NCBI GenBank assembly: GCA_951406725.2
Contig: OX597814.1
Span: 204,352,001 to 204,416,000, forward strand
DNA length: 64,000 nucleotides
Source: Octopus vulgaris
Lineage: Eukaryota
Reading direction: 5' to 3'
Shown here: positions 12,590 to 25,047 of the stretch, one piece after another
Numbering within the stretch: the first letter of the stretch is position 1
Layout of the letters: each line of letters starts with the position of its first letter
Notes under the pieces: model-generated
The model's database searches: none
Seen by the model: the letters and a program-made list of their open reading frames with translations, nothing else
What the model was told of the DNA's origin: nothing
Translations under genes and position numbers: made by a program

Positions 12590-12850
12590 AAGTGCTTCAA
12601 TTGGTCACACACCACGAGGTTCAACTGAACCTACTAGAGTAAGCCCTCACGCTCCCAGCATTACTACGAGCGATGGTGAGGGTAAAGCGTTGGAAAAGCC
12701 AAGTACTCTTACGGGCATCACCTGACACCTGGGTGAGGCGAGCTGCCAACGATGATAAGAACTTCGTTGTCAGTGGCCCAGTCCCTCCAAACGTTTCAAA
12801 CGCCACAAGTTGAAAGAGAAAGTGCACTGCAATGTCCTAATACTTCAGGA
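12590..12850 (-). mobile_element. CRE-clade non-LTR retrotransposon 3' remnant
   Basis: ORF 12621-12827 FQLVAFETFGGTG...LAARLTQVSGDARKSTWLFQRFTLTIARSNAGSV matches the recalled CRE C-terminal pattern ETxG...QRxSxAxxRGNA. Confidence 0.75.
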
Positions 12851-12889
12851 TTTTATTCCATTCGGTCAGACACTTCTATATTGTAAGAA

Positions 12890-13120
12890 GGCGGCGAGCT
12901 GGCAGAAACGTTAGCACGCCGGGCGAAATGCGTAGCCGTATTTCGTCTGCCGTTACGTTCTGAGTTCAAATTCCGCCGAGGTCGACTTTGCCTTTCATCC
13001 TTTCGGGGTCGATAAATTAGGTACCAGTTGCGCACTGGGGTCGATGTAATCGACTTAATCCCTTTGTCTGTCCTTGTTTGTCCTCTCTGTGTTTGGCCCC
13101 TTGTGGGTAGTAAAGAAATA
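12890..13120 (+). mobile_element. Full-length tRNA-derived SINE (Meta-like core, 'tail A')
   Basis: A box TGGCAGAAACGTTAG, B box GAGTTCAAATTCC, core GCCTTTCATCCTTTCGGGGTCGATAAA; TSD TATATTGTAAGAA (12877-12889, 13121-13133). Related copies near 14441, 16650, 39070, 52240. Confidence 0.92.
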
Positions 13121-13489
13121 TATATTGTAAGAAGGGAGACTACTCAACTGTTAATTACCTCCCTTACACTATAAATACAAGACTGTTCTACGTGGTCGCT
13201 TCTAACTAGAAATAAGTCAGAGTTCTCTTTAAATTACACTCTACCGTTTTCAAAAAACTGCTACGACGCATTGAGTAATGAAAACCTATATACCTTAGTC
13301 ACTGTTAGAACACCTCTAGTCATAGTTATACTAGATCAGGGATTACCTCAAACGGAATCACCATATCTTCTATACGCATCAGAAAAAAAAAAACTTTTTC
13401 ACCTAACCTTTCAGCCATAGTACAGCCAGTGAAAATATCCAAAATGTCAGAACGTCAAATTAAATATAATATTCAGTTTTATTGATTTA

Positions 13490-14060
13490 CATAGCCAAGT
13501 TTTCAATGTCGACTTTCGGCTCCGAGTCTTTTGCTTTCCTAGCAGCTGACGTCCTCTCCGCGCCATCTCTGACTAAGTTGATAAATTTCTTTGTTTAACG
13601 GAGGTGTTTCCAATGGCTAATTATACATTCGATGGTGTCTTCAAACCCTGGTCATGCCTCCAGCGGTAGCGTTCCTCTCTCGGGGCTTCCGGGACAGCAA
13701 CTGAAACTGTGCTCCAGGATTCCTATCTTTGGGCACAAGGGACAAGCTGGTGATTCCAAATTTTCCTAGCAGAACAAGTTGAATGGGTTTAGAAAGACAT
13801 TGTAAACTGCCTGAATTAGGAATTTTATCCGATGGGACTCCCCACTCCAGTGTCACCGCTTGATCTCCATCTTAACCAGGCTCCCTGGCGCATCATCCCT
13901 ACACACTTGCTGGCTCGTTACTCCACAGTCGAAGCTCGCACCTCATTCTGGGTAGATAGCCTCCTATCCTTTCCTAGTCACATATTGTAGTGCTACAGGA
14001 ATTCAACATAACCAACAACTATATCAATTTTGCCAGTCTGTAATGAACAGCAAGAGCCAT
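13490..14060 (-). mobile_element. HERO/NeSL-like RLE non-LTR retrotransposon remnant
   Basis: Frameshifted minus-strand motifs QGAWLRW, IKFLIQAVYNV, PACPLCP..LEH..SCC, RYRWRHDQ. Confidence 0.75.
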
Positions 14061-14519
14061 GGGCAATGGTCCACTTACTGAACCTAAACATAAAATGTGA
14101 GAAGCAATTTTATTGAATAATAAACAAATGCACTGGCTCTGTTTTAATATTTTCGATGTTGTTATTAGCCTGCTAATTAAACATTTCCACAATCAACTAA
14201 TCAATTGTTAGATTAATCGTTCGGTCAATAAATCACTCAGCTTCGTTCGATAAAGTCGTTTCGTCGCTCTTCACGACCTCATCTCTCTGCTCAAGGTCTG
14301 TATCCTAGTTTTGAGAGTTTATATTTATAGGGACAGAAGAATGCTAAAGAGAGAGAGAGTCACAGGGAGAGACGTGTATGTATGCGCAGGCGTACGTGTG
14401 CCTATTTGTGTAGCATGATGTGGATTCTGTGAACGTGTCTTATTTCTTTACTGCCCTAACAGGGCTACACACAGAGGAGACAAACAAGGACAGACAGACG
14501 GATTAAGTCTATTATATCG

Positions 14520-15760
14520 ACCCCAGTGCTCAACTGATACTTATTTAATCGACCCCGAAAGGATGAAAGGCAAAGTCGACCTCGGCGGAATTTGAACCCA
14601 GAACGTAACGGCAGACGAAATACCGCCTTGAAGTTACCAAAATATTGCAAAACTTTTGGCTCAATACAATAATTACGTTTCGCTTTTGGATTTGGTTTGC
14701 AACATTCTTTATGTGAGTTCGTGTGTTGAAGCGTATTCTGTTGTGTCTGGGGAGAGTCATTTTCTTTTGGTGCCTTATAATTTAACATACTCACCGGCAA
14801 ACTTTCCATTTATTTCTAGTTTTGAGTCAAAACTTTTGAAAAGGTTGCAAGACGCAACGAAAATTTTAGAAAAATTAAAAGAAATAAGTGGAAATTTTAC
14901 TGGTGTCTTAAATTATGAGGCACCAAAAGAGAATGACTCTCCCCAGACACAACAGAATAATTATAATTTAACTGTTATTAATTTACCTTTTTTATGTTAT
15001 TTTTCTTTTTTCTTTTCCCTGCAAATCTCCAACAACGCTTTTCCAAATTAGTTTCTTATATTTTGTAGTTTCATTAATTAAAAAAACATTTCACACAAAC
15101 ATTCAATAATATGGTCCAAATCATTGTAATTATGATGTGCTTGTTTAGAGATGGTATATTAACTACTTAATTTTTTCTTTTCTTTTTTATTGTGAACAAA
15201 ACAGTATTTGCTTAAAATTGAAAACGAAATTAAACTTTTAAAAGAAGTATAAAATATTTACCAGTGTTATTTTTCTGCAACTTTTCTTGTGAAGAGAATT
15301 CAAAGACGTTCAAAGAATTTCACAGGTTACAACGATGTCGTCTGCTCCTGAAATCACGTGACACCCCCTCCTCCCACTGTCGTCGGCTACTTAACTGTTA
15401 CACAGCCGTTTCATAGAATTGACATTCTGATATTCCGGAATGTCTACCAAAACTTTAAACTATAGCGCTTTATTGTTTAAAAAGTATATTATCTAATGAG
15501 TAATCACATCAGTTTAATTAATCTTAATGATCCCAGTTTTTATTTACACTGCATGCGTAGAATCCCCGAATATTTACAAAAATCCATATTTTTGTAAATT
15601 GTCTTTTATACCTTTACTGATTTCAGTTATTTGGCTGCGGCCATGTTGGAGCACTGCCTTTAATCGAACAAATCGACTCCAGGACTTATTCTTTGTAAGC
15701 CTAGAGCTTATTCTATCGGTCAGTTTTGCCGAACTGCTAAGTAACGTTGATGTAAACACA
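14520..15760. repeat. Local direct duplication, copy 1 (copy 2 about 16710-17700)
   Basis: 14628-14917 aligns to 16841-17130 and 15194-15600 aligns to 17131-17537; copy 2 lacks about 276 bp (about 14918-15193). Confidence 0.93.
15262..15450 (-). promoter_or_regulatory. Candidate promoter/first non-coding exon, copy 1
   Basis: CpG-retaining non-repeat sequence with TCACGTGA E-box (15354-15361), TTCCGGAA and a minus-strand donor CTG|GTAAAT at 15262/15261. Confidence 0.45.
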
Positions 15761-15774
15761 GCAACATCATACTC

Positions 15775-16170
15775 TTTACTCTTTTACTTGTTTCAGTCAT
15801 TTGACTGCGGCCATGCTGGAGCACCGCCTTTAGTCGAGCAACTCGACCCCGGGACTTATTCTTTTTGTAAGCCCAGTACTTATTCTATCGGTCTCTTTTT
15901 GCCGAACCGCTAAGTGACGGGGACGTAAAACACACCAGCATCGGTTGTCAAGCAATGCTAGGGGAACAAACACAGACACACAAACACACACACATACATA
16001 TATATATACACATATATACGACAAGCTTCTTTCAGATGCCGTCTACCTAATCCACTCACAAGGCATTGGTCGGCCCGGGGCTATAGCAGAAGATACTTGC
16101 CCCAGATGCCACGCAGTGGGACTGAACCCGGAACCATGTGGTCGGTTAGCAAGCTACACCACACAGCCAC
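15775..16170 (-). mobile_element. tRNA-derived CORE-type SINE with internal (TG/TA)n
   Basis: Head GTGGCTGTGTGG...GGTTCAGTCCC, CORE-like TGGGGCAAGTATCTT, tail ...GACTGAAACAAGTAAAAGAG. Further copies near 17550-17880, 34385-34692, 38715-38860, 41840-41980, 44770-45112, 46085-46390. Confidence 0.85.
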
Positions 16171-16439
16171 TTACTAATAAAAACAAAAAAAGTAAAATTC
16201 TTCACGGAACTTTTCAAAAACATCTTTTGGTTGTTTTAAAATCAATTTTAATTCGGTATGTTTTTAAAGCTACATAATTATGTTATTTCACTCTTTTTTT
16301 TTTTTTTTTTAATATCCATTCTAAAAATATCGTCAGAAAGTAACTGGGGTTCACGATCAGAAAGTAACTGTGTGGTCAGACAGTAACTGGTAACTGTGTT
16401 TCATGGTTTATCAGCTCTTTCCTTGATCCATGGCTCACT

Positions 16440-16600
16440 TCCTACGCTCGCGATGCTTCGTCAACCCAGAGGAGGTGGAAGCTTCAGTAAAGGAGTTCTT
16501 TGCCTCGAAGGACAAAAACTGGTATCAACGAGAGATCAAGGAACTGGCAGAAAGATGGCTTCAGACGGTACATCATGATGGCCTCTATTTTGAAGGCTAA
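16440..16600 (+). mobile_element. Mariner transposase C-terminal remnant
   Basis: EVEASVKEFFASKDKNWYQREIKELAERWLQTVHHDGLYFEG*. Confidence 0.8.
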
Positions 16601-16709
16601 TATGGGTTTGTTATAACTTGCCACAAAAGGAAATAAGTTACCAAAACATTCTTTTTTACTCTAGGCACGGGGCCCGAAATTTTTAGTGGTGAGGGGCCAG
16701 TCGATTAGC

Positions 16710-17700
16710 TCGACCCCAGTACGCAACTGGTACTTAATTTATCGACCCCGAAAGGATGAAAGGCAAAGTCGACCTCAGCGGAATTTGAACCCAGAACGTA
16801 ATGACAGACGAAATACCGCTAATGTTTCTGGCAGCTCGCCTCCTTGGAGTTACCAAAATATTGCAAAACTTTTGGCTCAATACAATAATTATATTTCGCT
16901 TTTGGATTTGGTTTGCAACATTCTTTGTGAGTTTGTGTGTTGAAGCATATTCTGTTGTGTCTGGAAAGAGTCATTCTCTTTTGGTGCCTTATAATTTAAC
17001 AAACTCACCGGCAAACTTTCCACTTATTTCTAGTTTTGAGTCAAAACTATTGAAAAGGTTGCAAGACGCAACGAAAATTTTAGAAAAATTAAAAGAAATA
17101 AGTGGAAATTTTACTGGTGTCTTAAATTATGAACAAAACAGTATTTGCTTAAAATTGAAAACGAAATAAAAATTTTAAAAGAAGTATAAAATATTTACCA
17201 GTGTTATTTTTCTGCAACTTTTCTTGTGAAGAGAATTCAAAGACGTTCAAAGAATTTCACAGGTTACAACGATGTCGTCTGCTCCTGAAATCACGTGACA
17301 CCCCCTCCTCCCACTGTCGTCGGCTACTTAACTGTTACACAGCCGTTTCATAGAATTGACATTCTGATATTCCGGAATGTCTACCAAAACTTTAAACCAT
17401 AGTGCTTTATTGTTTAAAAAGTATATTATCTAATGAGTAATCACATCTGTTTAATTAATCTTAATGATACCAGTTATTATTTACACTGCATGCGTAGAAT
17501 CCCCGAATATTTACAAAAATCCATATTTTTGTAAATTGTCTATTCTTTTACATGTTTCAGTCATTTGGCTGCTGCCATGTTGGAGCACTACCTTTAGTCG
17601 AACAAATCGATTCCAGGACTTATTCTTTGTAAGCCTAGTACTTATTCTATTGAACACTTTTGCCGAACCGCTAAGTAACGGGACGTAAACACACCAACAT
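16710..17700. repeat. Local direct duplication, copy 2
   Basis: See copy 1. Confidence 0.93.
17199..17390 (-). promoter_or_regulatory. Candidate promoter/first non-coding exon, copy 2
   Basis: Identical to 15262-15450; E-box 17291-17298, donor at 17199/17198. Confidence 0.45.
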
Positions 17701-19627
17701 CGATTGCCAAGCGAAGGTGGGAGAACAAGCACTCACACATATATACATACCAAATCCAATCCAATCACAATGCTTTGGTCAGCCTGAGGCTGTAGTAGAA
17801 GACACTTGCCCATGGTGCCACGCAGTGGGACTGAACCTGGAAACATGTGATTGAGAAGCAATCCTCTTACCACGCTTGCGCCTATATATTATAATTCTTT
17901 AAAAACTACTAAAATTTTTCTTCGCCTACATTTATTAAGAAAGACGTCTCAAAGTAATAAATCTTTATTATTTTCTAGAATGTTTTAATCATTTATCACT
18001 ATAATATATAAGGTGATGCGCTGGAGAATCTTTAGCACACCAGACTAAGTGCTTGGCAGCATTTCATCTGTCTTTATTTTCTGAGTTCTTTAGGATCAAT
18101 GAAATAAGTACCATTTGACCAGTTGAGCTGATGTAATCAACTAGCCGCCATCCCACAAAATTTTGGGCCTTGTGCTCATAGTAAAAAGGATCATTTATCA
18201 ATATAATAAGATGGCAGGCTGGCAGAATCGCTAAAGCTTCAGAAAAATGCTTTGTGTTATTTGTTCCAATTCTTTACATTCCGAGTTCAAACCTTGTTGA
18301 AGTCAACTTCACCCTTTTTCTGTAGTCGATAAAATAAAGTACCAATTAAGTACTGGGATTGGTGTAATTGATTAGCCCCATCACCCAAATTTAAAAACAA
18401 TTATCAATATATTTTATACATCATATACTGGATTATGGTTGATTATCATCCCCTTGTAATTGCTGCTGAGCCGCATTTGGTTACCTAACCAATATATTTA
18501 TATATATATCTATTGATTACATACCCAATATATATATATATATATATATATATGGTGGTTGTGTACTCCTTATGCAGTTTGACCACCTCCTGTACCCACA
18601 CCTCAGATATTAATTAACATCATGATTTAAAGTCTTCCCTTACCCAGCCTTTTTTTTATAGACAGTTACTTATATCCAACTGACTGCTCCTAATGTCTTC
18701 TTTCCTCTCTGAAGAAAAGGGGTACATATGATAACATTTATGACCATACTTAGCCCTTAGCTGTCAACTCACTCTTGTCCTTTATTCAAAATAGACACAG
18801 TCTTCTAGTCTTACATATAGTAGTTGATAAAGAGATAAATGAATTAGAAATAAATTACAATCCCTTATAACACTATGACCCCAATAAACTTCATGCGATT
18901 CTTGAAAGTCTCTCTCTTTTCAATATTTATTTTTTGCTTGCAATAGCCAGTTCTTTTGGTCACACAATTCTATCTCCAGCTGCTTCAGATGCCAAGATAT
19001 CAAAAATTGTCAAAATGTAGTACAATGGTTTTGCTATGGAATGGTGAAACTATTTTTTTCAGTTTCTGAAAAAGCAATGTTTTGGGCTTCAGATACTTCA
19101 GCATAATAGCAACAATATAACAATATATATATAACCCGTTTCTGCCCTCATTTTTGATCACTCTCTCTCCCTCCTTCTCTTGCTCTTACCTCTGGCTCGG
19201 TAACCTTTACAGCAGCACACCTCTTTCCTGTTAACTTTCTGTCTCTAGGTAGCCATGTACCTCCTCTACAGCAAAACATGTTTCTGTCTCTCTGTCGCAC
19301 TCTAACCTTTTATCATCGAACATATGATCACCTCCTCCAATGCCCCCTCACCTCTCAAAGATTTCTTGCCTTACAAAGTTACTTGGTGACTCTGCCAGTG
19401 CAGAAGCAACTTAAAAAGCATCCAGTCCACACTGTAAAGTGGTTGGCATTTGGAAGGACATCCATCAGCAAAAACCATACCAAAACTGACCTCGCCTGTG
19501 TTGGTGCCACATAAAAAGCACTCAGCCCACTCTGGCAAATCCTTACCTGTTGAACAATTTCTTTTATCTCTTCTCAGTTTCCCAGCCATGCTTATGCCTA
19601 TATATACATATAGTTAGATAGATAGAT

Positions 19628-22600
19628 ATCTTTTTCTTATGGCCGCACAGGGCTAAACACAGAGTGTAGACGAAATACAATGTAGAGTTTTTCTTTTCGC
19701 GGTGGGATGGGTGGAACACACAAAGAAAAAGTTCGATCAATAGGGATCGTTGGGCTGTGTGGTGTACAAAAAAAAAGAAAGAAATATATAAAGTTCCCCC
19801 CTCCCAAAAAAAGGGGAATTGATATTGTTCACAGTTTAGGTATAGCCTTGGAGAGAAAAACCTACAAATTAGACCAAGGTCACCTCAGGCAGTTCAAAAT
19901 GTACATAAGAGTAGGTATCTTTTCTCTCGTTTTCTCTTTTTGTTATAGATTTATGCTTAAAATGGTGTCGTCTTTCATACTTGCCATTCTTGCCACATTT
20001 ACCCATTTTTTATTGAAACTTTCATTCAATAACATTTCCTCTCAATTCTCATCCTCCTTTTCAAGTGGTACTTGAAAAAGTTGACGAGAGACTAACCAGA
20101 GAGGAAAATGTTTGTTTGTAAGCCTTTCAAACGTGTCCACCACACGCATTCTTTCGCCATAGCTATCAATGTTACAAAAACTGTTTTTTCTTCCTGTTTA
20201 AAGGAAGGTGGCGGAACAATATTCACAATAGACTCGGCTGATAAGTGGGCCTATCCCACACACGACAACAGTCCACAGCTTTGAAATATCTGGACACTGC
20301 ACAAGTGCATGCAGAACAGTTTCATCGCTCTGACCACATCTCGAGCAGGTCAGTCCAGTGGTTTTCAAACCGTGTTTGTAGATCTTCTTTCGAATGGTAG
20401 TGCATCCCGATAGCATTGCTAAGCCAGGGATCTCTGGAAGTCATCCGTATGCCCCGGCCCAAACGTCGTCCTGAAAAGGCAGGTTAGGAATATCTCGTCG
20501 ACACCCAGGTTTGCCCCAAGAGTGTTGTCGGACCTCCCCTCCACTAATCCTCTATAGAACGCATTGGATGTTTGGAAGTTACACAAGTTTGATCCTGGAC
20601 AGCAGAGCTGCCGTAGAGCTTGGTGACACTCGTGGTGCCAATCGCCCAGTTTCGGTCTCTTTTTAATCCATGTTTGCAGTTCAGTGAGCGAGATGAGCTG
20701 AGGGAAGGCGCACCTCACCTGTTCACTGTCATCAATGAAGTTCCAGAGATGCCGCAGTCTCAGCGCATGTCTGCGCATCATCAGCTATGGCATCCCTAGT
20801 TCCTCCATTTAACGGATGTTGACAGCAATTGGATCACCTCCCCATTGGAACGCTACCCTTCCACAGAAAGCGGAAAAGTATGTGTTCTAGTTTCGTGATG
20901 GTGGCATCGGAACAAGGCACAACGGTCAGGTGGTAATTGATGTCTGATGCGATATACGCATTAGCCACCTCTGCCGACCTTTTAGAGATAGCTTTCTCTC
21001 AGCCCTTGTTTGGCTGAGAGTGACCACTCTACTCGTGATCTCGTCCCAGTTCTTATCCATTTGGAGGTCCGGACTGAACCAGACCTCGAGCAGTTTAACC
21101 GGTCCATCTGTACAAAGTCCCACTACGGAGTCACTGTTGGACGGTATGGGCTTGGTTCTCCAGGTGCCAAGTAACAAACCCACTGACTTTTCCAGGTTAA
21201 ATTTTGCTCCCGTCACCGTTTCATATTCTTTTAGTGTCTCACCTAGCATCTCGATGTGCTTCTGGCTCGACACTATGACGGTGACATCGTCCGCATATGC
21301 CGACACACTCGTCCCGTAACCCAGTTCCCGTGGGATACTCCTCAGTGTCGCCACCTTCCGCAGGCACAAGGCACAAACACGCGCCGTACCAGGCAGAACC
21401 ATCCATGACAACCTCCATCAGATGCACTACATCGTAAACAGGATAGTTAAGGATCCTGACATGGGTGGGGCACTGATCAATTTGGATTAATCTAAAGCCT
21501 TCGATAGGGTCGACCATCCTCAGGGTGGCTGGCTTTGGTCCCAGTCTTCCATGGTTGGCTTGCTGCCTTGTATAGCAGCATCCGATCGGTAATTTGGGTG
21601 AACGGTCACCTGTCAAAACTGTTTGACATCATGCGTTCGATCCGTCAGGCATGTCCCCTGTTGGTGCTTCTGTATGTATTGACTCTCGAGCATACACGTC
21701 ACAAATTTGTGATCTGTGTAGCTGACTATTTTAAATTGTGGACATCCTACACTATCTCTATCACCTGTCCTACATAGAACTCTATCTAGATACGATCTCA
21801 ACGATCCGACGCAGTTTGTCCAAGTCCACATTGGCACATTCGGATGGTCGAGTCGGAACTTGTCAGACAAATGGAAACGTCTGAGCAGGTCTTTGAGGCA
21901 CTTACATCCCCTTCTATTCCCATCCATTCCCACATAGTCTAGATGCGTGTCCAAGGTAGCATTCCAGTCCCCTACTAACAGTAAAGGTCGAGACGTTCTA
22001 GACATCTGAAGAAATCCGCGCAACCCGTTAAGGACGGTGCATACACTGCCATCAGACGTAAAGCACACTCATTTCTGCCATCCACGTCCAAGACAACCAG
22101 CCTACCCTCCGGGTCAAGGAATAGTGGTCTTACTTTTACATTTAGACACTTCCGAAAAAGCACCACCACTACCCATGTTTGGCAGACAGAGAGAAAAATA
22201 AATGTCGAATTGTCCACCAAACATGGACGCAAGGACCCACGGGTTACCGAGTCTGGTTTCACTGATAGCTACTATATCAATGTTCAGTGACTTGATATCA
22301 TTTAGATAACCTTACTTCCAAGCTGATGCCAACCTAATTTAAGCATAATTCATGGTTGAAAATTTGTGTTTCACACACAACAATTAAAGAGACGAGAGGG
22401 AAGGTTACTTACTCGTTTCGAAAGTTTTAGTAGTTTCCTCCTCTTTTAAAATATCTTGGAGGAGGTTTTTAAAAAGTTTTTTTGACAAATATTTTTGGAA
22501 CCCCCCGAACACATTTGGAAAGAGGGTTTTGAGTGTGTGGTGCTGCGTTTGTGTGACATGTACTATTTTTATGTGTGTCGGTGGTGTAGTGTGTGGATGG

Positions 22601-22815
22601 TTGTTTAGTTTAAAATCATCTTCACAAATGCTTGTGTGAGATGCGATGTAGTTCATTAGTTTTGTATTTTCTGTGTCTATTGCTGTTAGCAGTGTATGTT
22701 TTTGTGGTGTCGTTGCTGGTTTGATTGTGTAAGGGGCTTTCAGGAGTTACATATCTCCCTGCTTTACTTGCATTTGCTTATTTGGTTTTTTGGGATCTTT
22801 TCCTTTTACCCCCTG
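19628..22815 (-). mobile_element. Tx1/L1-clade LINE, degenerate, internally inverted and deleted
   Basis: APE endonuclease (LLVGDWNATLD, YLDRV, YTDH), RT (SAYADDVTV), C-terminal CSRC..ETVLHALVQC; many frameshifts. Confidence 0.9.
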
Positions 22816-23128
22816 TGGAAATGAATGACAGTGACAACCATTTACAATTATCATGAGATAAACACACACAAATACATTAAAAACAACTGAATACAGAAAC
22901 AATAACATATTAAAATGAATGCAATTGATATTTCTTTCAAATAATATTTTTTTTAAAAAAGTAACCTGGATAATTTATTTAATGTATTTTTGAATTATAA
23001 AATATGATTTGAGATTTCATAACAAAGTGTTTGAAATCAAAATAATGCAGTCAAGATGTAGTAAAAACACATGAAGAAATGGCATAGTTTTGTAGTGTCT
23101 GATTCTTAAATAGTCTTGGTTATTACAT

Positions 23129-23403
23129 TTAACTAACTAAACCAAGGAAATCGTCCATAAGTGTTCCAATTGCAAAAATATCTTTTGCATCTACTCTTGT
23201 ACCAACAATTTTGATACGTATTTCATCTTCCTGTTGGATAACAACATCTTCGTCTTTGGTTTTATAGCAGTGCGGATTTGAATTAGGATCGAATTCCATA
23301 TCAGCAGGAATAGAATGTCGGGAGATAAAACATGACAAAGGTCCAATATCAGTAAATAAGCCAACTTTATTTACTTGGGTTACAACTGCATCAAACACCT
23401 CTC
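23129..23403 (-). CDS. POLR2G: RNA polymerase II subunit RPB7, coding exon 2 of 2
   Basis: (G)[32 protein letters not shown]...[13 protein letters not shown]; acceptor catttag|GA; 244+275 nt = 172 aa + stop, the canonical RPB7 length. Confidence 0.98.
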
Positions 23404-25047
23404 CTAAATGTGATGGGAGAGAAAAAACAAGAAAAAAAAGAGTTATTAAATTTAAAATTTTTCTCATTATGGTTTGAAAAAATTACAATATATTTTAAAT
23501 GTATAAAATATTCTGAATAAATTTACAATAATGTATAACCTAGGTGTTTAGTTTAGTAATGGAATTCTGACGCCTATGACAGACGATTCTCATCTGCTAC
23601 AACCTATGTGTGCTTTTATGAACTAAGTGCTATCATGAGGATGCTCAAGTAACAGATATTGGTAGCAACAAAGGTAACAAAATCAGGATGGATGAGAAAA
23701 AGAACAATCGGATTCTTCAACCCACTAAAATTTTCTTCTAAATTTTATCAACATGATTGTAATCTAAACCCATGAAAATGTATTCCTGCAAAATTTCATG
23801 TAAGAAAAATACACATTTTTCTGAAAATTATAAGAAAACAGTCAAGGGGCACCAGTCTGTTGTTATAGTCAAATCTATTCATAAAACAACTGTGGGAAAA
23901 CGCTAAACAATCTTTTAAACTAATGTATAAACATTTTGGTTAAGTTGTTGAATCTGTAAGTAATACGTCTAGTACAAAACAAACGGGATCACATAGAAAC
24001 GGGTTGGACCCCAAATGTTTTCATACATTCTTAAGTATGGTGCTTCATCGTTTATAAAATATATTTATAATTTGGTAATTAAGTCAGTTGAATAGTTTTA
24101 AGTAATCACGGGTTAGTTTTCATTTGGCTCATAAGGTCTAAACTTAGGAGAATCTCTGAAGATCTACAAAATTCTAAGGGATGCAGCTGTTTTGTGTCTT
24201 AAAAATATACAATAAAACAGTATGAGTATTCACATATGCAAAACTGTTAATTCATTAGTTAAGTGAATGAATGGAGCATTTTGTTTCTATGTTTATGTAT
24301 TTTATCTGTTAGTGTTTCTTAGCTAAACTTCATTGACGAGAAATTTCTCAACTTTGTCCGATTATAATAATTACCTTCCCTTGATTCTTCTAGGGACTCA
24401 AGAGTACTAGAAATAGCAGCCAAATATCTCTCATCTTATCTCTAACTTCTTTAATAAAGGGCACCTTGTGATACTGGATATAATGTTTGTAAAGTCAAAC
24501 AGATGAGATAATTAGAACAGAAATGCTTTTGAAAATAAGTCTACTGGATCAGAAGCTGGTTTGCAGTTAAAATAATAGTATTTTTGTTTTAGGAAAGAAA
24601 GCAGGAATGTAATGTGCTCATGGCTTTCCAAGAATTGGAGGCTAATGCAGAATTGCATCTCTCCTGGGAAAATGCATTTTTTTTTAAACGATTTTTTCAG
24701 ATTCCTACGTTTTAGATGTCGAATATACAAAAAAAAACACCTTTTCAAATTTCATCCTGCCCCTTCCCCCACCCCACCAATTTAAATTTTTGAACTTTTT
24801 TTCAAAATTTTGTTTAAAATCACCTTTTCCAAATTTAAAATGCCCACCTCAACCTCCCCTCCCCGCAAATTTTAAATTTTTCAAATTTCACCCCGTTTCT
24901 TCGGTGGACCTGACACACGCACACAAAACAGACATTTCTGATTTCTTTTTTCAGCAGGTTCCTATATTTTCAATGACAGAAATTCCAAATATACAAGAAA
25001 CCACATTTTCAAAATTTTCAATAAAATAGGCAGGCAGGTAGGCAGAT

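Noticed and set aside
13490-13570. Apparent start exon ATGGCG MARRGRQLLGK... with a GTAAAT donor
   Set aside because: It is contiguous with the HERO-like remnant, and another frame (KKFINLVRDG) continues that element's post-RHD region.
23404-23467. N-terminal [21 protein letters not shown] of ORF 23129-23467 as a signal peptide
   Set aside because: It is the intronic polypyrimidine tract read in frame upstream of the RPB7 exon-2 acceptor.
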